Made by a program: the position numbers and the translations under genes
From: Paraflavitalea soli
GTDB taxonomy: Bacteria > Bacteroidota > Bacteroidia > Chitinophagales > Chitinophagaceae
Direction of reading: 5' to 3'
DNA: 64,000 nucleotides
Assembly (NCBI RefSeq): GCF_003555545.1
Contig: NZ_CP032157.1
Location: 188,546-252,545 of the forward strand
The notes under the pieces: model-generated
What the model was told of the DNA's origin: nothing
Seen by the model: only the letters and a program-made list of their open reading frames with translations
Databases searched by the model: none
Shown: positions 46,385 through 56,820 of the stretch, one piece after another
Position numbering within the stretch: the first letter of the stretch is position 1
Layout: the number at the start of each line of letters is the position of its first letter

Positions 46385-49300
46385 ATGACTTACAAAACTG
46401 CTTTTAAATGTACGGTCCTGCTCCTGATGCTTGCTTGTTGCAGCCTGTCAGGTTACTCACAGGACCGTATTCTACAGGTAACCGGTAAGGTTACCGATGA
46501 GCTGGACCATGGTTTGCCTGGCGCCAGCATTAAGATCACCGGCACTAAGATCGTAACAGTGACCGGTTCCGATGGGCAATACCGTATTATGGTAAGTCCC
46601 ACGGACTCCCTGGAGTTTTCTTTTACCGGTTACAAAACCGAATTGTTGGCTGTGCGCAACCGGGTAGACCTGAGTGTGAAACTGACGCCGGTAGCCGGCG
46701 GCCTCAACGAGGTAACGGTGATCGGCTATGGTCAACAGAAAAAAGTAAGTGTGATCGGCGCCCAATCGACGGTAACACCGGAAGACCTGAAATTGCCCGC
46801 CAGGGATATTGCAGGCATGCTGGCCGGCCGTATTTCCGGTATCATTACCACCTCCCGGGGTGGTGGCCCGGGCCAGGACAATGCCAGTGTGCTGGTGCGC
46901 GGGGTGGCTACCTTTGGTACCAGCACCCGTACGCCCCTGATCATTATCGATGGAGTACCCGACAGGAGTTTTAATGATGTAGACCCGGAAGATATTCAAA
47001 ACTTCACGGTACTGAAAGATGCCGCTTCCACGGCGGTATATGGAACCCGCGGCGCCAATGGCGTTATTCTGATCAATACCAAAAGAGGTGTGGCCGGTAA
47101 GCCTGCTGTGAATGTGGAAGTGAACCAGGGTATTACACAGTTTGTGCAGGTACCTAAGTTATTGGATGCGCCCACCTGGATGGAGACCTACAACGAGGCA
47201 CTCAAAACAAGGGGCCGTGATGCTTTCTATACAGATGAAAGGATTGCCCTGCACCGCAATGGTACCGACCCCGATCTGTATCCCAATACAGACTGGTACA
47301 AAGAATTGTTCCGTGACTTTGGTCTTACCCAGCGCGCCAATGTGAACATCAGCGGCGGTTCGGAAAAAGCCAATTACTATATCTCTGCCGGTTACTACGG
47401 CGAAACAGGACTGCTGAAAACGCAGCCGGAAAGAAGTTATGATACCAAGACCTACTATCGCCGGTACAACTTCACGGCCAATATCGGTGTCAGTGTTACC
47501 AATACCACCAAGCTGGACCTGGGTATTGCTACGATCATCGATCAGCGCAACGGACCTTATGATGGCTCCAACAATCCCCAAAACGGTGCGTTTGAACAAT
47601 CCTTAAGGGTGCCTTCGCATATTATTCCTGCCCGGTATTCCAATGGGGATTGGTCATCCACACCCGACGGACGCAGCAGTCCTGCCCGTATCATCTTTGG
47701 TATTGGGGCCGGCAATGAATATTCTGCTACCCTGCGGCCCAATATCCGCGTAAAGCAAGAGTTGAGTGCGCTCACGAAGGGGCTGTCTGTATCCGGACTG
47801 TTCTCCTTTGATGTATATACGGATGCGCTGGTAGCTACTACCCATGCTTCGCCTACTTTCTATGCAGAAGGTCGGGATGCCAATGGCAAGCTGATCACCC
47901 GCCAGGTAAATACGAGCAATGATATCCTTTCCTTTGCTTCTGCCCGCAGCAGCAACCGCCGTATGTATACGGAGGCTTCGCTGAACTATGGCCGTACTTT
48001 TGGCAAACATGAAGTGGGCGGCTTATTCCTGTTCAACCAGTCGGAATACGTAGATGGCAATGCCACTACTTTTACCACGGCAGTTCCTTTCCGCAACAGG
48101 GGCTTGACCGGTCGTGCTACCTATGGATATGACAGCCGTTATTTTGGTGAGGTGAACTTTGGTTATACAGGTTCTGAGAACTTCAGTCCTGATAAACGTT
48201 TTGGTTTCTTCCCCTCCTTTGGTGTGGGCTGGCTGGTATCGAACGAAAAATTCTTCGAGCCGGTAGCAGATGTACTGAACTATTTTAAAGTAAGGTATAG
48301 TTATGGTTTAACGGGTAATGGTGGTTTTGCTACCCGCTTCCTGTACCTGAGCCAATTGAGCAAGGCCACCAATGTGTACCAGTTTGGTACGCCTACCTCT
48401 CTTTCTCCCAGCTATGGGGGGTATTCTGAATCTCAGATCGCCACTGATCCTTCCTGGGAAACTTCTTACCGTCACAACCTCGGTATAGAAATGAACTTCC
48501 TCAACAATGGCCTGAAGATGGTGCTTGAACTGTTTCGTGAAATGCGGAAAGGCATCCTGAGGGCCGATCAAACGATCCCTTTAACATCGGGCTATGGCGG
48601 TGTAAACCCCACGCGTAATATTGGTATCGTACTGAATAAGGGTATTGACCTTACGCTTTCTTACAACAAGGCGTTCAGCAAAGGCCGCTGGATCAATGTG
48701 ACCGGTACGCTCACGTACAACAACAATACGAATATGGAAGACGGCCTGCCGCCGCAACCTTATCCCTGGATGCAGTGGAAAGGCAAAGAAGTGGATGCCA
48801 AAGAATTGTACACGAACCTGGGCTTGTTCCAAAGCCAACAGGATATTGATACCTCTGCTATACAGAGCGGCGATACCAGGCCCGGTGATATCAAATACAA
48901 AGACCTGAACGGTGATGGCGTGATCAACAACTTTGATGTATCGCGCGTGAATGTATCGGGTACCCCTAAACTGATGTATGGTATCAATATATCTGTTGGC
49001 TACAAAGGGTTTGATATCGGCGCCTTTGTGCAGGGCACCGGTAAGGTATGGCTGCTGTATGGCAGCGGTGATGGCACCTTCCCCTTTGGCAGTGGCGCCA
49101 ACAGTCCCAACCTCTATGCAATCGTCAACGACCGCTGGACAGAAGCCAACCCGAACCCGAATGCATTTTATCCAAGGTTGACGACGAACCAGGACCCCAA
49201 TTCAAACTTTTTGGTGAGTGACTGGTGGTTGAAGCGGGCAGACTTTGTGCGGCTGAAGAGTGCTGAGTTTGGGTACACGCTTCCTGCAGGAAGGGTAAAA

Positions 49301-49480
49301 AAGATGGGTATCAAGAACCTGCGCATCTATGTGAATGGCACCAACCTGATCACGATCTCCAAGTGGAAATTCTGGGATCCTGAACTGAATGATACGGGTA
49401 CCAGCTCCACTACGATCACCCGGGGCGGATTCTATCCGAATATCAAGGCGTTCAACTTTGGCGCAAGGGTTACTTTTTAA
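46385..49480 (+). CDS. SusC/RagA-family TonB-linked outer-membrane protein (pair 2)
   Basis: 1031 aa; same domain organisation ('VTGKVTDELDHGLPGASIKITG', 'FTVLKDAASTAVYGTRGANGVILINTKRG'). Confidence 0.95.
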   Translation: MTYKTAFKCTVLLLMLACCSLSGYSQDRILQVTGKVTDELDHGLPGASIKITGTKIVTVTGSDGQYRIMVSPTDSLEFSFTGYKTELLAVRNRVDLSVKLTPVAGGLNEVTVIGYGQQKKVSVIGAQSTVTPEDLKLPARDIAGMLAGRISGIITTSRGGGPGQDNASVLVRGVATFGTSTRTPLIIIDGVPDRSFNDVDPEDIQNFTVLKDAASTAVYGTRGANGVILINTKRGVAGKPAVNVEVNQGITQFVQVPKLLDAPTWMETYNEALKTRGRDAFYTDERIALHRNGTDPDLYPNTDWYKELFRDFGLTQRANVNISGGSEKANYYISAGYYGETGLLKTQPERSYDTKTYYRRYNFTANIGVSVTNTTKLDLGIATIIDQRNGPYDGSNNPQNGAFEQSLRVPSHIIPARYSNGDWSSTPDGRSSPARIIFGIGAGNEYSATLRPNIRVKQELSALTKGLSVSGLFSFDVYTDALVATTHASPTFYAEGRDANGKLITRQVNTSNDILSFASARSSNRRMYTEASLNYGRTFGKHEVGGLFLFNQSEYVDGNATTFTTAVPFRNRGLTGRATYGYDSRYFGEVNFGYTGSENFSPDKRFGFFPSFGVGWLVSNEKFFEPVADVLNYFKVRYSYGLTGNGGFATRFLYLSQLSKATNVYQFGTPTSLSPSYGGYSESQIATDPSWETSYRHNLGIEMNFLNNGLKMVLELFREMRKGILRADQTIPLTSGYGGVNPTRNIGIVLNKGIDLTLSYNKAFSKGRWINVTGTLTYNNNTNMEDGLPPQPYPWMQWKGKEVDAKELYTNLGLFQSQQDIDTSAIQSGDTRPGDIKYKDLNGDGVINNFDVSRVNVSGTPKLMYGINISVGYKGFDIGAFVQGTGKVWLLYGSGDGTFPFGSGANSPNLYAIVNDRWTEANPNPNAFYPRLTTNQDPNSNFLVSDWWLKRADFVRLKSAEFGYTLPAGRVKKMGIKNLRIYVNGTNLITISKWKFWDPELNDTGTSSTTITRGGFYPNIKAFNFGARVTF

Positions 49481-49502
49481 TGATCATACTTAAGCAATTG
49501 AA

Positions 49503-51350
49503 ATGAAGAAGACCAATCTATATACTACCGCTATGATCCTGTTATTGGGAGCTGCCACGCTAGCGCCCATGGGATGTACCAAGGGATACTTCGATGCGGT
49601 ACCCAAGGACCTGGTAGATGTAAATGCTATATTCAAGAATAAAACAGAAACGGAGAACTGGCTGGCGGGCATTTATGGCAAACTGCTGGACCCCTGGGGT
49701 ACAGCTGCCAGTTCGGCCCGTTATTTTGCTGCCTGGAGTGATGAGATGGACCTCAATACACCTTCGGCCCAGGCTACGAATGCATTAAGCGGGGTAACGG
49801 CGGGTGTAAACATATGGACGGCCAATTACCAGGGTATCCGCCTGGCAAATATATTCATGGCCAATGTAGAGAATCCTCAAAGTAATATACTGGATGAGCC
49901 CAATGGTGCGGCGCTGGTACAACAATACAAAGGCGAAGCCCGTTTCCTGCGCGCTTACTTTTACTGGACACTCATGAAATTGTATGGCCCGTTGGTACTG
50001 GTAGGGGATAAGATCGGTGAGGTAGATGACAATTACCAGCAAGCCCGCAATACCTGGAGTGAGTGCATCAGTTATGTATTGTCGGAAATGGATGCCGCCA
50101 AAGAGCTGGTGCCTGAGAGGCATACCGTAGCCGCTACGGGTGCGGATGATCTTTCACAAACGGGCCGCATCAACAAGCTGATCATTGAGGCCGTGAAATC
50201 ACAGATCACTTTGTACGATGCCAGTCCGCTGTTCAATGGCGATGCCGCCATGGCGAATTTCAAGAACAAAGATGGACAGGGATTGATGAATACCAATTAC
50301 GACGCCACCAAATGGGACAAGGCGGCCACTGCTGCCAAAGAAGCGATTGACCATGCTATTACTTATGGCAAGAAGCTCTTTAAAGTAACGAATGCGGATG
50401 CATTTCTGGCGGCTTTCAATACCCACCGCGACCTGTACCTCACGGGCTGGTCGGATGAAGGCATCTGGTTGCGCACGGTGACGGGATACCAGGCCTGGGA
50501 AGTAGATGCGGCGCCACGCGCCGCCAACGGCACCACCACCAACTCCAACCTGACACCGCCCCAGGAAATGGTAGACAAATTCCGCATGCTCAATGGAAAA
50601 AGCATCAATGAAGCAGGCAGTGGTTATACGGAAACAGGCTTTACGGCTACTGCTAAAACCAATTTTTATGTAGCAGGCACTTCCAATATGTATGTAGGCC
50701 GTGAACCTCGCTTTTACAACGCGATCACCTTTAACGGCTCAACAGTTCCCTTTGTGGCCAAGACGGGGCAAACGCATGTGCAGTTCTGGCCAACTGGTAA
50801 CTCCGGCAATGGCGGTGGCAGTGAAGTACGTTATCCGCGGACGGGCTACCTGGTACGCAAGAATACCAACCCGGCCAGGAACCTTTCCAACAATGCCGGT
50901 AATGTGGTGCGCCCGGCCATGTATATCCGGTTGGGAGAATTATACTTAAATTATGCTGAGGCATTGAATGAATCCAATCCCGGTCATGCTGATATCCTCC
51001 TCTACCTGAATGCGATCCGTACCCGGGGCGGTATTCCTGCTCTGGCAAGTGGATTGTCACAGGCTGAGATGCGCGCGCAGATCAGGCTGGAGCGGTGTAT
51101 TGAACTGGCTTATGAAGGTCATCGTTTTTATGATGTACGCCGCTGGAAAAATGCCAACCAGCCGGAAGGTCGTCAGGGTGGTGATTTTACGGGTATGAGT
51201 GTATTGACAGGCGCCAGTTTGAATGATCCTGCTTTTTATGTACGGATCAGGACTTCAACGCGTGCCTGGGATGACAGGTTCTATTTCTTCCCGCTGCCGC
51301 AAAGTGAGTTGAACAGGAACCAAAAGATGGTGCAGCCGCCGGGGTATTAG
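49503..51350 (+). CDS. SusD/RagB-family lipoprotein (pair 2)
   Basis: Lipobox 'APMGCTKG'; 615 aa. Confidence 0.9.
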   Translation: MKKTNLYTTAMILLLGAATLAPMGCTKGYFDAVPKDLVDVNAIFKNKTETENWLAGIYGKLLDPWGTAASSARYFAAWSDEMDLNTPSAQATNALSGVTAGVNIWTANYQGIRLANIFMANVENPQSNILDEPNGAALVQQYKGEARFLRAYFYWTLMKLYGPLVLVGDKIGEVDDNYQQARNTWSECISYVLSEMDAAKELVPERHTVAATGADDLSQTGRINKLIIEAVKSQITLYDASPLFNGDAAMANFKNKDGQGLMNTNYDATKWDKAATAAKEAIDHAITYGKKLFKVTNADAFLAAFNTHRDLYLTGWSDEGIWLRTVTGYQAWEVDAAPRAANGTTTNSNLTPPQEMVDKFRMLNGKSINEAGSGYTETGFTATAKTNFYVAGTSNMYVGREPRFYNAITFNGSTVPFVAKTGQTHVQFWPTGNSGNGGGSEVRYPRTGYLVRKNTNPARNLSNNAGNVVRPAMYIRLGELYLNYAEALNESNPGHADILLYLNAIRTRGGIPALASGLSQAEMRAQIRLERCIELAYEGHRFYDVRRWKNANQPEGRQGGDFTGMSVLTGASLNDPAFYVRIRTSTRAWDDRFYFFPLPQSELNRNQKMVQPPGY

Positions 51351-51405
51351 GACGGCAAACGGCAATCGGGAATCGGCAATCTTTTGCTTCGACGTTTTGC
51401 TTCGA
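51351..51405 (+). repeat. heptamer repeat (ACGGCAA/TCGGCAA/TCGGGAA) followed by 2 copies of TTTTGCTTCGA
   Basis: 'gacggcaaacggcaatcgggaatcggcaatc ttttgcttcga cg ttttgcttcga', read directly; lies between the SusD stop and the sialidase-2 start. Confidence 0.85.
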
Positions 51406-51432
51406 TCAGTAAAATAACTAAAAATATATTCC

Positions 51433-53145
51433 GTGCTTAAGAAAATAATCCTTGATCCCCTACGCCTTCAAACCACTGTGGCCATTATAATGTGCATGGC
51501 ATTGCCGTGCATATTATTGGCTGCAGGACCTGGGGTTCAAAAAAATCCTTACGGAGAGGAGCTGGTATTTACACAACAACAATACCAGGTGCCGGTGCTG
51601 ATCAAAAAGAAAGACAACCCGGTGTTGCGTATTGTGATCCATAATACAGGACAGCAGGTATCTTTTACAGATGGGTTCCAGTTGAACCTGACTGGCACGA
51701 CTGACCTGAAAGATATCAGACAGGTAAAATTGTATTACGCAGGCAATGACTCCTCATTCACCAATCTCAGTAATATTGGTAAAATGAAATTATTGGGTAG
51801 TAAAGATCGCCTTTCAACTATTATGTGGGTTGGTGATCAGCAGGAGTTGAGCATAGGAACAAATGTTTTCTGGGTATCGGTAGAACTTAATGACAAAGCC
51901 GATCCTTTACACAAGGTATTTATTCGTGCCATTGCTTCCATGCAAGGGCATCAAAATCCGGTAGCAATACCCCGGATGGAAGGGGTGCCTTTGCGTATTG
52001 GTTATGCCCTTCGCCAACATAACGAGGATGGCGTTCACACCTATCGTATTCCCGGACTGGCTACGGCCAAAGACGGCTCTTTACTGGCTATCTATGATGT
52101 ACGCCGTGAAAGCGGTCGTGACCTGCAAGGCAATATAGATATCGGCCTGAGCCGGAGTACAGATAAGGGCAATAGCTGGCTGCCGATGCAGATTGCCATC
52201 GATATGGGCAAATGGGGCGGCCTGCCGGAAAAGTTCAACGGGGTATCGGATGCCTGTATACTGGTGGATAAAAACACGGGTCATATTTTCATTGCGGGCC
52301 TGTGGATGCATGGGGTATTGAATGCACAGGGCAAATGGATAGAAGGATTGAACGAAGACAGCACGGCCTGGAACCACCAATGGCGCGACAAAGGATCGCA
52401 GCCAGGTTTTGATGTGAAACAAACAGCGCAGTTCCTGGTCGTGAAAAGTGAGGACCATGGCAAGACCTGGGGGCAACCGGTCAATCTTACCACGATGTGT
52501 AAACAAGCAGATTGGTGGTTGTGGGCTCCGGCACCGGGACAAGGTATTACGTTGCAGGACGGCACGCTGGTATTTCCCACGCAGGGGCGTGATAAAACGG
52601 GTAAGGCATTCTCTACTATTACCTACAGTAAAGATGGTGGCCAAACCTGGAAGACGGGCCAGCCTGCTGAACGCCTGTCTACCACCGAGAACATGGCCGT
52701 AGAATTATCCGATGGCAGCATCATGCTGAACATGCGTTCCAATAAGAACAGAACAGATACAGGCAGCACCAATGGAAGAGCCATTGCTGTTACCCATAAC
52801 CTGGGTGACAGCTGGGAGCAGCATCCCTCTTCCCGTGGCGGCCTGATAGAGCCCACTTGTATGGCCAGCATCATTCGCCATGATTATGTGGAGAAGGGGA
52901 AGAGGAAGTCGGTACTGCTTTTCTCCAATCCGGATTCGAAAACAACCCGCCACCGTATGACGATCAAAGTGAGCTATGACGATGGTAAAACCTGGGTAGA
53001 CAGTAAAAAAATATTGCTGGATGAAGGAAAGAGCCGGGGCTATTCCTGTCTTACCAGCATCGACAACAGTACCATTGGCATCCTGTATGAAAGCAGCATG
53101 GCCGATATGGTATTTCAGCAAGTGAGTTTGAAAGAGTTGTTGTAG
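51433..53145 (+). CDS. exo-alpha-sialidase (GH33) with N-terminal accessory domain
   Basis: 570 aa; 'YRIPGLATAKDGSLLAIYDVRR', Asp boxes 'STDKGNSW', 'SEDHGKTW', 'SKDGGQTW', 'SYDDGKTW'. GTG start as given by the ORF track. Confidence 0.9.
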   Translation: MLKKIILDPLRLQTTVAIIMCMALPCILLAAGPGVQKNPYGEELVFTQQQYQVPVLIKKKDNPVLRIVIHNTGQQVSFTDGFQLNLTGTTDLKDIRQVKLYYAGNDSSFTNLSNIGKMKLLGSKDRLSTIMWVGDQQELSIGTNVFWVSVELNDKADPLHKVFIRAIASMQGHQNPVAIPRMEGVPLRIGYALRQHNEDGVHTYRIPGLATAKDGSLLAIYDVRRESGRDLQGNIDIGLSRSTDKGNSWLPMQIAIDMGKWGGLPEKFNGVSDACILVDKNTGHIFIAGLWMHGVLNAQGKWIEGLNEDSTAWNHQWRDKGSQPGFDVKQTAQFLVVKSEDHGKTWGQPVNLTTMCKQADWWLWAPAPGQGITLQDGTLVFPTQGRDKTGKAFSTITYSKDGGQTWKTGQPAERLSTTENMAVELSDGSIMLNMRSNKNRTDTGSTNGRAIAVTHNLGDSWEQHPSSRGGLIEPTCMASIIRHDYVEKGKRKSVLLFSNPDSKTTRHRMTIKVSYDDGKTWVDSKKILLDEGKSRGYSCLTSIDNSTIGILYESSMADMVFQQVSLKELL

Positions 53146-53150
53146 TTGAA

Positions 53151-53204
53151 GAGCCGGCAATCGGCAATCGGCAGTCGGCAGTCGGCAATCGGCAGTCGGC
53201 AATG
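53151..53204 (+). repeat. heptamer tandem repeat (CGGCAAT/CGGCAGT family, ~7 units) after sialidase-2 stop
   Basis: 'gagccggcaatcggcaatcggcagtcggcagtcggcaatcggcagtcggcaatg', read directly. Confidence 0.9.
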
Positions 53205-53283
53205 TGAGTGCGTAATTAAATAGTACAACGAGACGATGTAGCACGCCTGGTAGCGATGGTGCCGGAAAATAAAAATTAAATGA

Positions 53284-54219
53284 ATGCTTACAGCAAGAAC
53301 ACTTAGAGGAAACTGGGCTACCTTGTTACTGCCCATCAATGCGGATGAAAGCATTGACTATGCAAGACTGGAAGAAGAATTGGACCGTATGATCCTGGCA
53401 GTGCCGGATGGCGTGTATTCCAATGGTACGGCAGGTGAACTGCACAACCAAACGGAAAAGGAGTTTGATAAAGTGCAGGAGATCATGGCGGCCAAATGCC
53501 AGGCGGCAGGTGTACTTTTTCAAATAGGGGCCAATCATCCATCGCCCTTGGTATCCCTGCAGCGCATGCAAAGAATGGTAGCGCTGAAACCGGCTGCCTT
53601 CCAGGTGATCCTGCCCGATTGGGTAACCACGGGTCCGGGAGAACAGGTGAGCTTTTTGCAAAAGATGGCAGAAGCCGCCGATGGCATTCCCCTGGTATTG
53701 TACAATCCGCCACATGCCAAAAAAGTATTGCATCCTGCTGAGTATGGACGCTTGCAGGAGATAGTACCTTCCTTAATCGGTATCAAAGTGGCTGGTGGTG
53801 ATGCGGCCTGGTACGATGAGATGCGGGTATATGCCAATAGTCTTTCTGTATTTGTGCCCGGCCATTTCCTGGCCACAGGTGTGCAGGAAGGTGTGGCTGC
53901 CGGCGCTTATTCTAATGTGGCCTGTATCAGTCCGCAGGGCGCGCAATGGTGGTGGCGGCTGATGCATGCGGACCTGGCCAAAGCGCTGGACGTACAAAAG
54001 CGGATCCTTCAATTTTTTGATACTTGTATCGTACCTTATAAGAATGCGGGATATTCCAATCCTGCGCTGGATAAGTTTTTGGCAGCAGTAGGTGGATGGG
54101 CCAATATCGGCACACGCCTGCGATGGCCTTATAAATGGATACCGGAAGAAGAAGTATCGGGGGCGAGCGTTGTGTGTAGAAAATTATTGCCGGAGTTTTT
54201 TGAAGGAGAAAGGAGTTAG
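53284..54219 (+). CDS. dihydrodipicolinate synthase / N-acetylneuraminate lyase superfamily (DHDPS-family) protein, divergent second copy
   Basis: 'SNGTAGE' (GxTGE motif) and Schiff-base lysine context 'IGIKVAGGD'; 311 aa; differs from the NanA-like copy at 56821. Confidence 0.75.
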   Translation: MLTARTLRGNWATLLLPINADESIDYARLEEELDRMILAVPDGVYSNGTAGELHNQTEKEFDKVQEIMAAKCQAAGVLFQIGANHPSPLVSLQRMQRMVALKPAAFQVILPDWVTTGPGEQVSFLQKMAEAADGIPLVLYNPPHAKKVLHPAEYGRLQEIVPSLIGIKVAGGDAAWYDEMRVYANSLSVFVPGHFLATGVQEGVAAGAYSNVACISPQGAQWWWRLMHADLAKALDVQKRILQFFDTCIVPYKNAGYSNPALDKFLAAVGGWANIGTRLRWPYKWIPEEEVSGASVVCRKLLPEFFEGERS

Positions 54220-54266
54220 CCGTTAGGCATTAGCTTTTAGCAATTCGCAATCAGGTAAAATTTTGC

Positions 54267-55409
54267 ATGATAAAAATAACGATCATAGGGTGTTTGTTGG
54301 TGTCGGCTATGTGCGGATGCAAAACGGGTAAGCAGGTGGCAGCACAGTCTGTATTGCCTGCAGGGCCTGTCACTACGGTGGTATTTGAACCCGCGGGTGA
54401 ATATGCGGCCATGCGTATACCTGCCCTGGTGCTTACGCAGAAAGGTACCCTGCTGGCTTTTTGTGAAGGCAGGATCGGCAGTGCCAGCGATACCACGGAT
54501 ATGGATCTGCTGCTGCGGCGCAGCACGGATGGCGGGAAAAGCTGGGAACCAACGGTAGTGATCGCTGCCCGTCAAACAGGCGCTACCAGTAATCCTACCC
54601 CCATCGTAGACCGGGATGGTACGATCCACCTGCTCTACCAGCGTCAATATACCCATGCCTATTATACCAGATCAACGGATGATGGTAAGACCTGGCGTGC
54701 TGCTGCTGACATTACGTATGCCTTTGATGCTTTCAGGCCTGAGTATGCCTGGCAGGTATTAGCGCCGGGACCGGGTCATGCCATTCAGTTGAACAATGGC
54801 CGACTGCTGGCGCCGGTGTGGCTGCGCACTCCTAAAGAGATCATTCCGCAAAGAACGTATCGCGTAGCGGTTATCTATAGTGATGATGCAGGCGCTACCT
54901 GGAAACGGGGTGCGATCCTGCCCGATGTGCCGGCAGTAAGAAATCCCAATGAATCGATGGCGGTGCAACTGGAAGATGGGCGGGTAATGATGAGTATCCG
55001 CAACAATGCTCCTGCGCGGCGCCGTGGTGTAAGTTATAGCACTGATGGTATCAGCAACTGGACAGTGCCGGTAGCAGAAGAGGAGTTGTTTGAGCCGGCA
55101 TGTATGGCCAGCATCATCCGCGCCAGCCATGCAAAGAACGGCGGCAAGAACCGGCTGCTTTTCGTGAACCCGGATAGTCGCGACCTGCCCAAATATCCGC
55201 GTAAGAACCTTACGGCCAGGATCAGTTATGATGAAGGGGAAAGCTGGCCTGTACGCAAAGTGATCGATACAGCTTTAGCCGGTTATTCTGATCTGGCGAT
55301 AGATAATAAGGGCACGGTGTATTGTTTGTATGAAGCCAATACGATTGGAAAAGGATGGAACTATAGTATCGTGATGAAAAAATTTACGATTGACTGGATA
55401 GAAATGTGA
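54267..55409 (+). CDS. exo-alpha-sialidase (GH33), paralog A of tandem pair
   Basis: 'MRIPALVLTQKGTLLAFCEGR', Asp boxes 'STDGGKSW', 'STDDGKTW', 'SDDAGATW', 'SYDEGESW'; 380 aa. Confidence 0.9.
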   Translation: MIKITIIGCLLVSAMCGCKTGKQVAAQSVLPAGPVTTVVFEPAGEYAAMRIPALVLTQKGTLLAFCEGRIGSASDTTDMDLLLRRSTDGGKSWEPTVVIAARQTGATSNPTPIVDRDGTIHLLYQRQYTHAYYTRSTDDGKTWRAAADITYAFDAFRPEYAWQVLAPGPGHAIQLNNGRLLAPVWLRTPKEIIPQRTYRVAVIYSDDAGATWKRGAILPDVPAVRNPNESMAVQLEDGRVMMSIRNNAPARRRGVSYSTDGISNWTVPVAEEELFEPACMASIIRASHAKNGGKNRLLFVNPDSRDLPKYPRKNLTARISYDEGESWPVRKVIDTALAGYSDLAIDNKGTVYCLYEANTIGKGWNYSIVMKKFTIDWIEM

Positions 55410-55430
55410 GTGGGGAAGGCGTGAGCGTGC

Positions 55431-55544
55431 GTTTGCTTCGATAGCAGATTTCTCACTACGCTGCGCTACGTTCGAAATGACAAAAGGGGGATGGAACTCC
55501 GTTCGAAATGACAGTGTGGAGGGGTTGTGTTCGAAATGACAAAG
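55431..55544 (-). repeat. composite dispersed element (inverted copy of 23884-24025 module): GTTTGCTTCGA; TCACTACGCTGCGCTACGTTCGAAATGACAA; 2 extra GTTCGAAATGACA units
   Basis: The reverse complement of 55454-55484 differs from 23953-23983 at four scattered positions (TTT vs CCC triplet and one G/T). Located 20-130 nt upstream of the sialidase-B start. Confidence 0.7.
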
Positions 55545-55563
55545 AAACAGGCATTGCCACTAA

Positions 55564-56712
55564 ATGTATATTATGAAAAACCCATTGATATTTATTTTAT
55601 TGGTAACAGGAGCCTGGACCTGGGCCAGCTGCAAGACCGGAAAGGTGAATGCCGGTAAACAGGCTCCGGAAACAACCATTGTATTTGAACCGATGGCTGG
55701 TTCCTATGCTTCCATGCGTATTCCGGCGCTGGTGCTTACGAAGCAGGGCAGCCTGCTGGCTTTCTGTGAAGGCAGGATCGGCACGGCCAGTGATTGGGCG
55801 GAAATGGATATGCTGATGCGGCGCAGCACCGATGGTGGCAAAACATGGGAACCGATGGTGGTGATAGCAGCCCGCCAGGGACCTATGCCCACCAGCAATG
55901 CTACGCCCATTGTAGATGCCGATGGCACTATTCACCTGCTGTACCAGCGGGGCTATGCCAACGCCTATTACACGAAGTCAACGGATGATGGTAAAACCTG
56001 GAGCCCGGCTGCAGACATCACTTATGCTTTTGATGCGTTCAGGCCTGAATACAACTGGCAGGTGCTGGCGCCCGGACCCGGCCACTCCATCCAGTTAAAG
56101 AATGGCCGTTTGCTGGTGGCAGTATGGATCTGTGATCCTGCGAAATTATTGCCGCATAAAAGTCATTACCCTTCCCGCATAGCCACCGTTTACAGTGATG
56201 ATACAGGCAGGACCTGGAAGCGGGGAGCGATCCTGCCAGATGGGGTGATCAAGAACCCCAGTGAAACGATGGCGGTACAACTGGAAGATGGCCGGGTGAT
56301 GTTGAATATCCGCCATTCAGGAGACAGTCATCGCCGGGGAGTGAGTTATAGTCCCGATGGCATTAGCCAATGGACAGATCCTGTACTGGACACTGCCTTG
56401 TATGAACCTGTTTGTATGGCATCCATCATCCGGTTCAACGACAAGGGTAAGAGCGGTTTGCTGTTCACCAATCCCGACACGCGTAATGCTCCCAAACCTC
56501 CCCGTAAGAACCTTACGGCCAAATTGAGTTATGATGAAGGTAAAACATGGTCTATACAGAAAGTGATCGATACCTCTTTCGCCGGTTATTCTGATATCGC
56601 GGTTGGCAAAGATGGTACGGTGTATTGTCTGTATGAGACCAATACGGTGGGCACCGGATTCAATTATAGCCTGGTGCTGAAGCGGTTTACGATCGATTGG
56701 ATCAAGAAATAG
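55564..56712 (+). CDS. exo-alpha-sialidase (GH33), paralog B of tandem pair
   Basis: 'MRIPALVLTKQGSLLAFCEGRIGTASDWAEMDMLMRRSTDGGKTWEPMVVIAARQ' is near-colinear with paralog A; 382 aa. Confidence 0.9.
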   Translation: MYIMKNPLIFILLVTGAWTWASCKTGKVNAGKQAPETTIVFEPMAGSYASMRIPALVLTKQGSLLAFCEGRIGTASDWAEMDMLMRRSTDGGKTWEPMVVIAARQGPMPTSNATPIVDADGTIHLLYQRGYANAYYTKSTDDGKTWSPAADITYAFDAFRPEYNWQVLAPGPGHSIQLKNGRLLVAVWICDPAKLLPHKSHYPSRIATVYSDDTGRTWKRGAILPDGVIKNPSETMAVQLEDGRVMLNIRHSGDSHRRGVSYSPDGISQWTDPVLDTALYEPVCMASIIRFNDKGKSGLLFTNPDTRNAPKPPRKNLTAKLSYDEGKTWSIQKVIDTSFAGYSDIAVGKDGTVYCLYETNTVGTGFNYSLVLKRFTIDWIKK

Positions 56713-56760
56713 CTGTGAGCTGCGAGCTGCGAGCGAATACAGCGCCGGTTTTGCTCGCAG
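56713..56760 (+). repeat. heptamer repeat AGCTGTG AGCTGCG AGCTGCG forming a 10-bp-stem hairpin with downstream GCTCGCAGCT
   Basis: Direct reading; starts 1 nt after the sialidase-B stop. Confidence 0.7.
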
Positions 56761-56820
56761 CTTCTTCACAAAGAATTGCTAAGCATTCAAATAAAGCATA
56801 ATTAAGTTAAAATAAATAAC

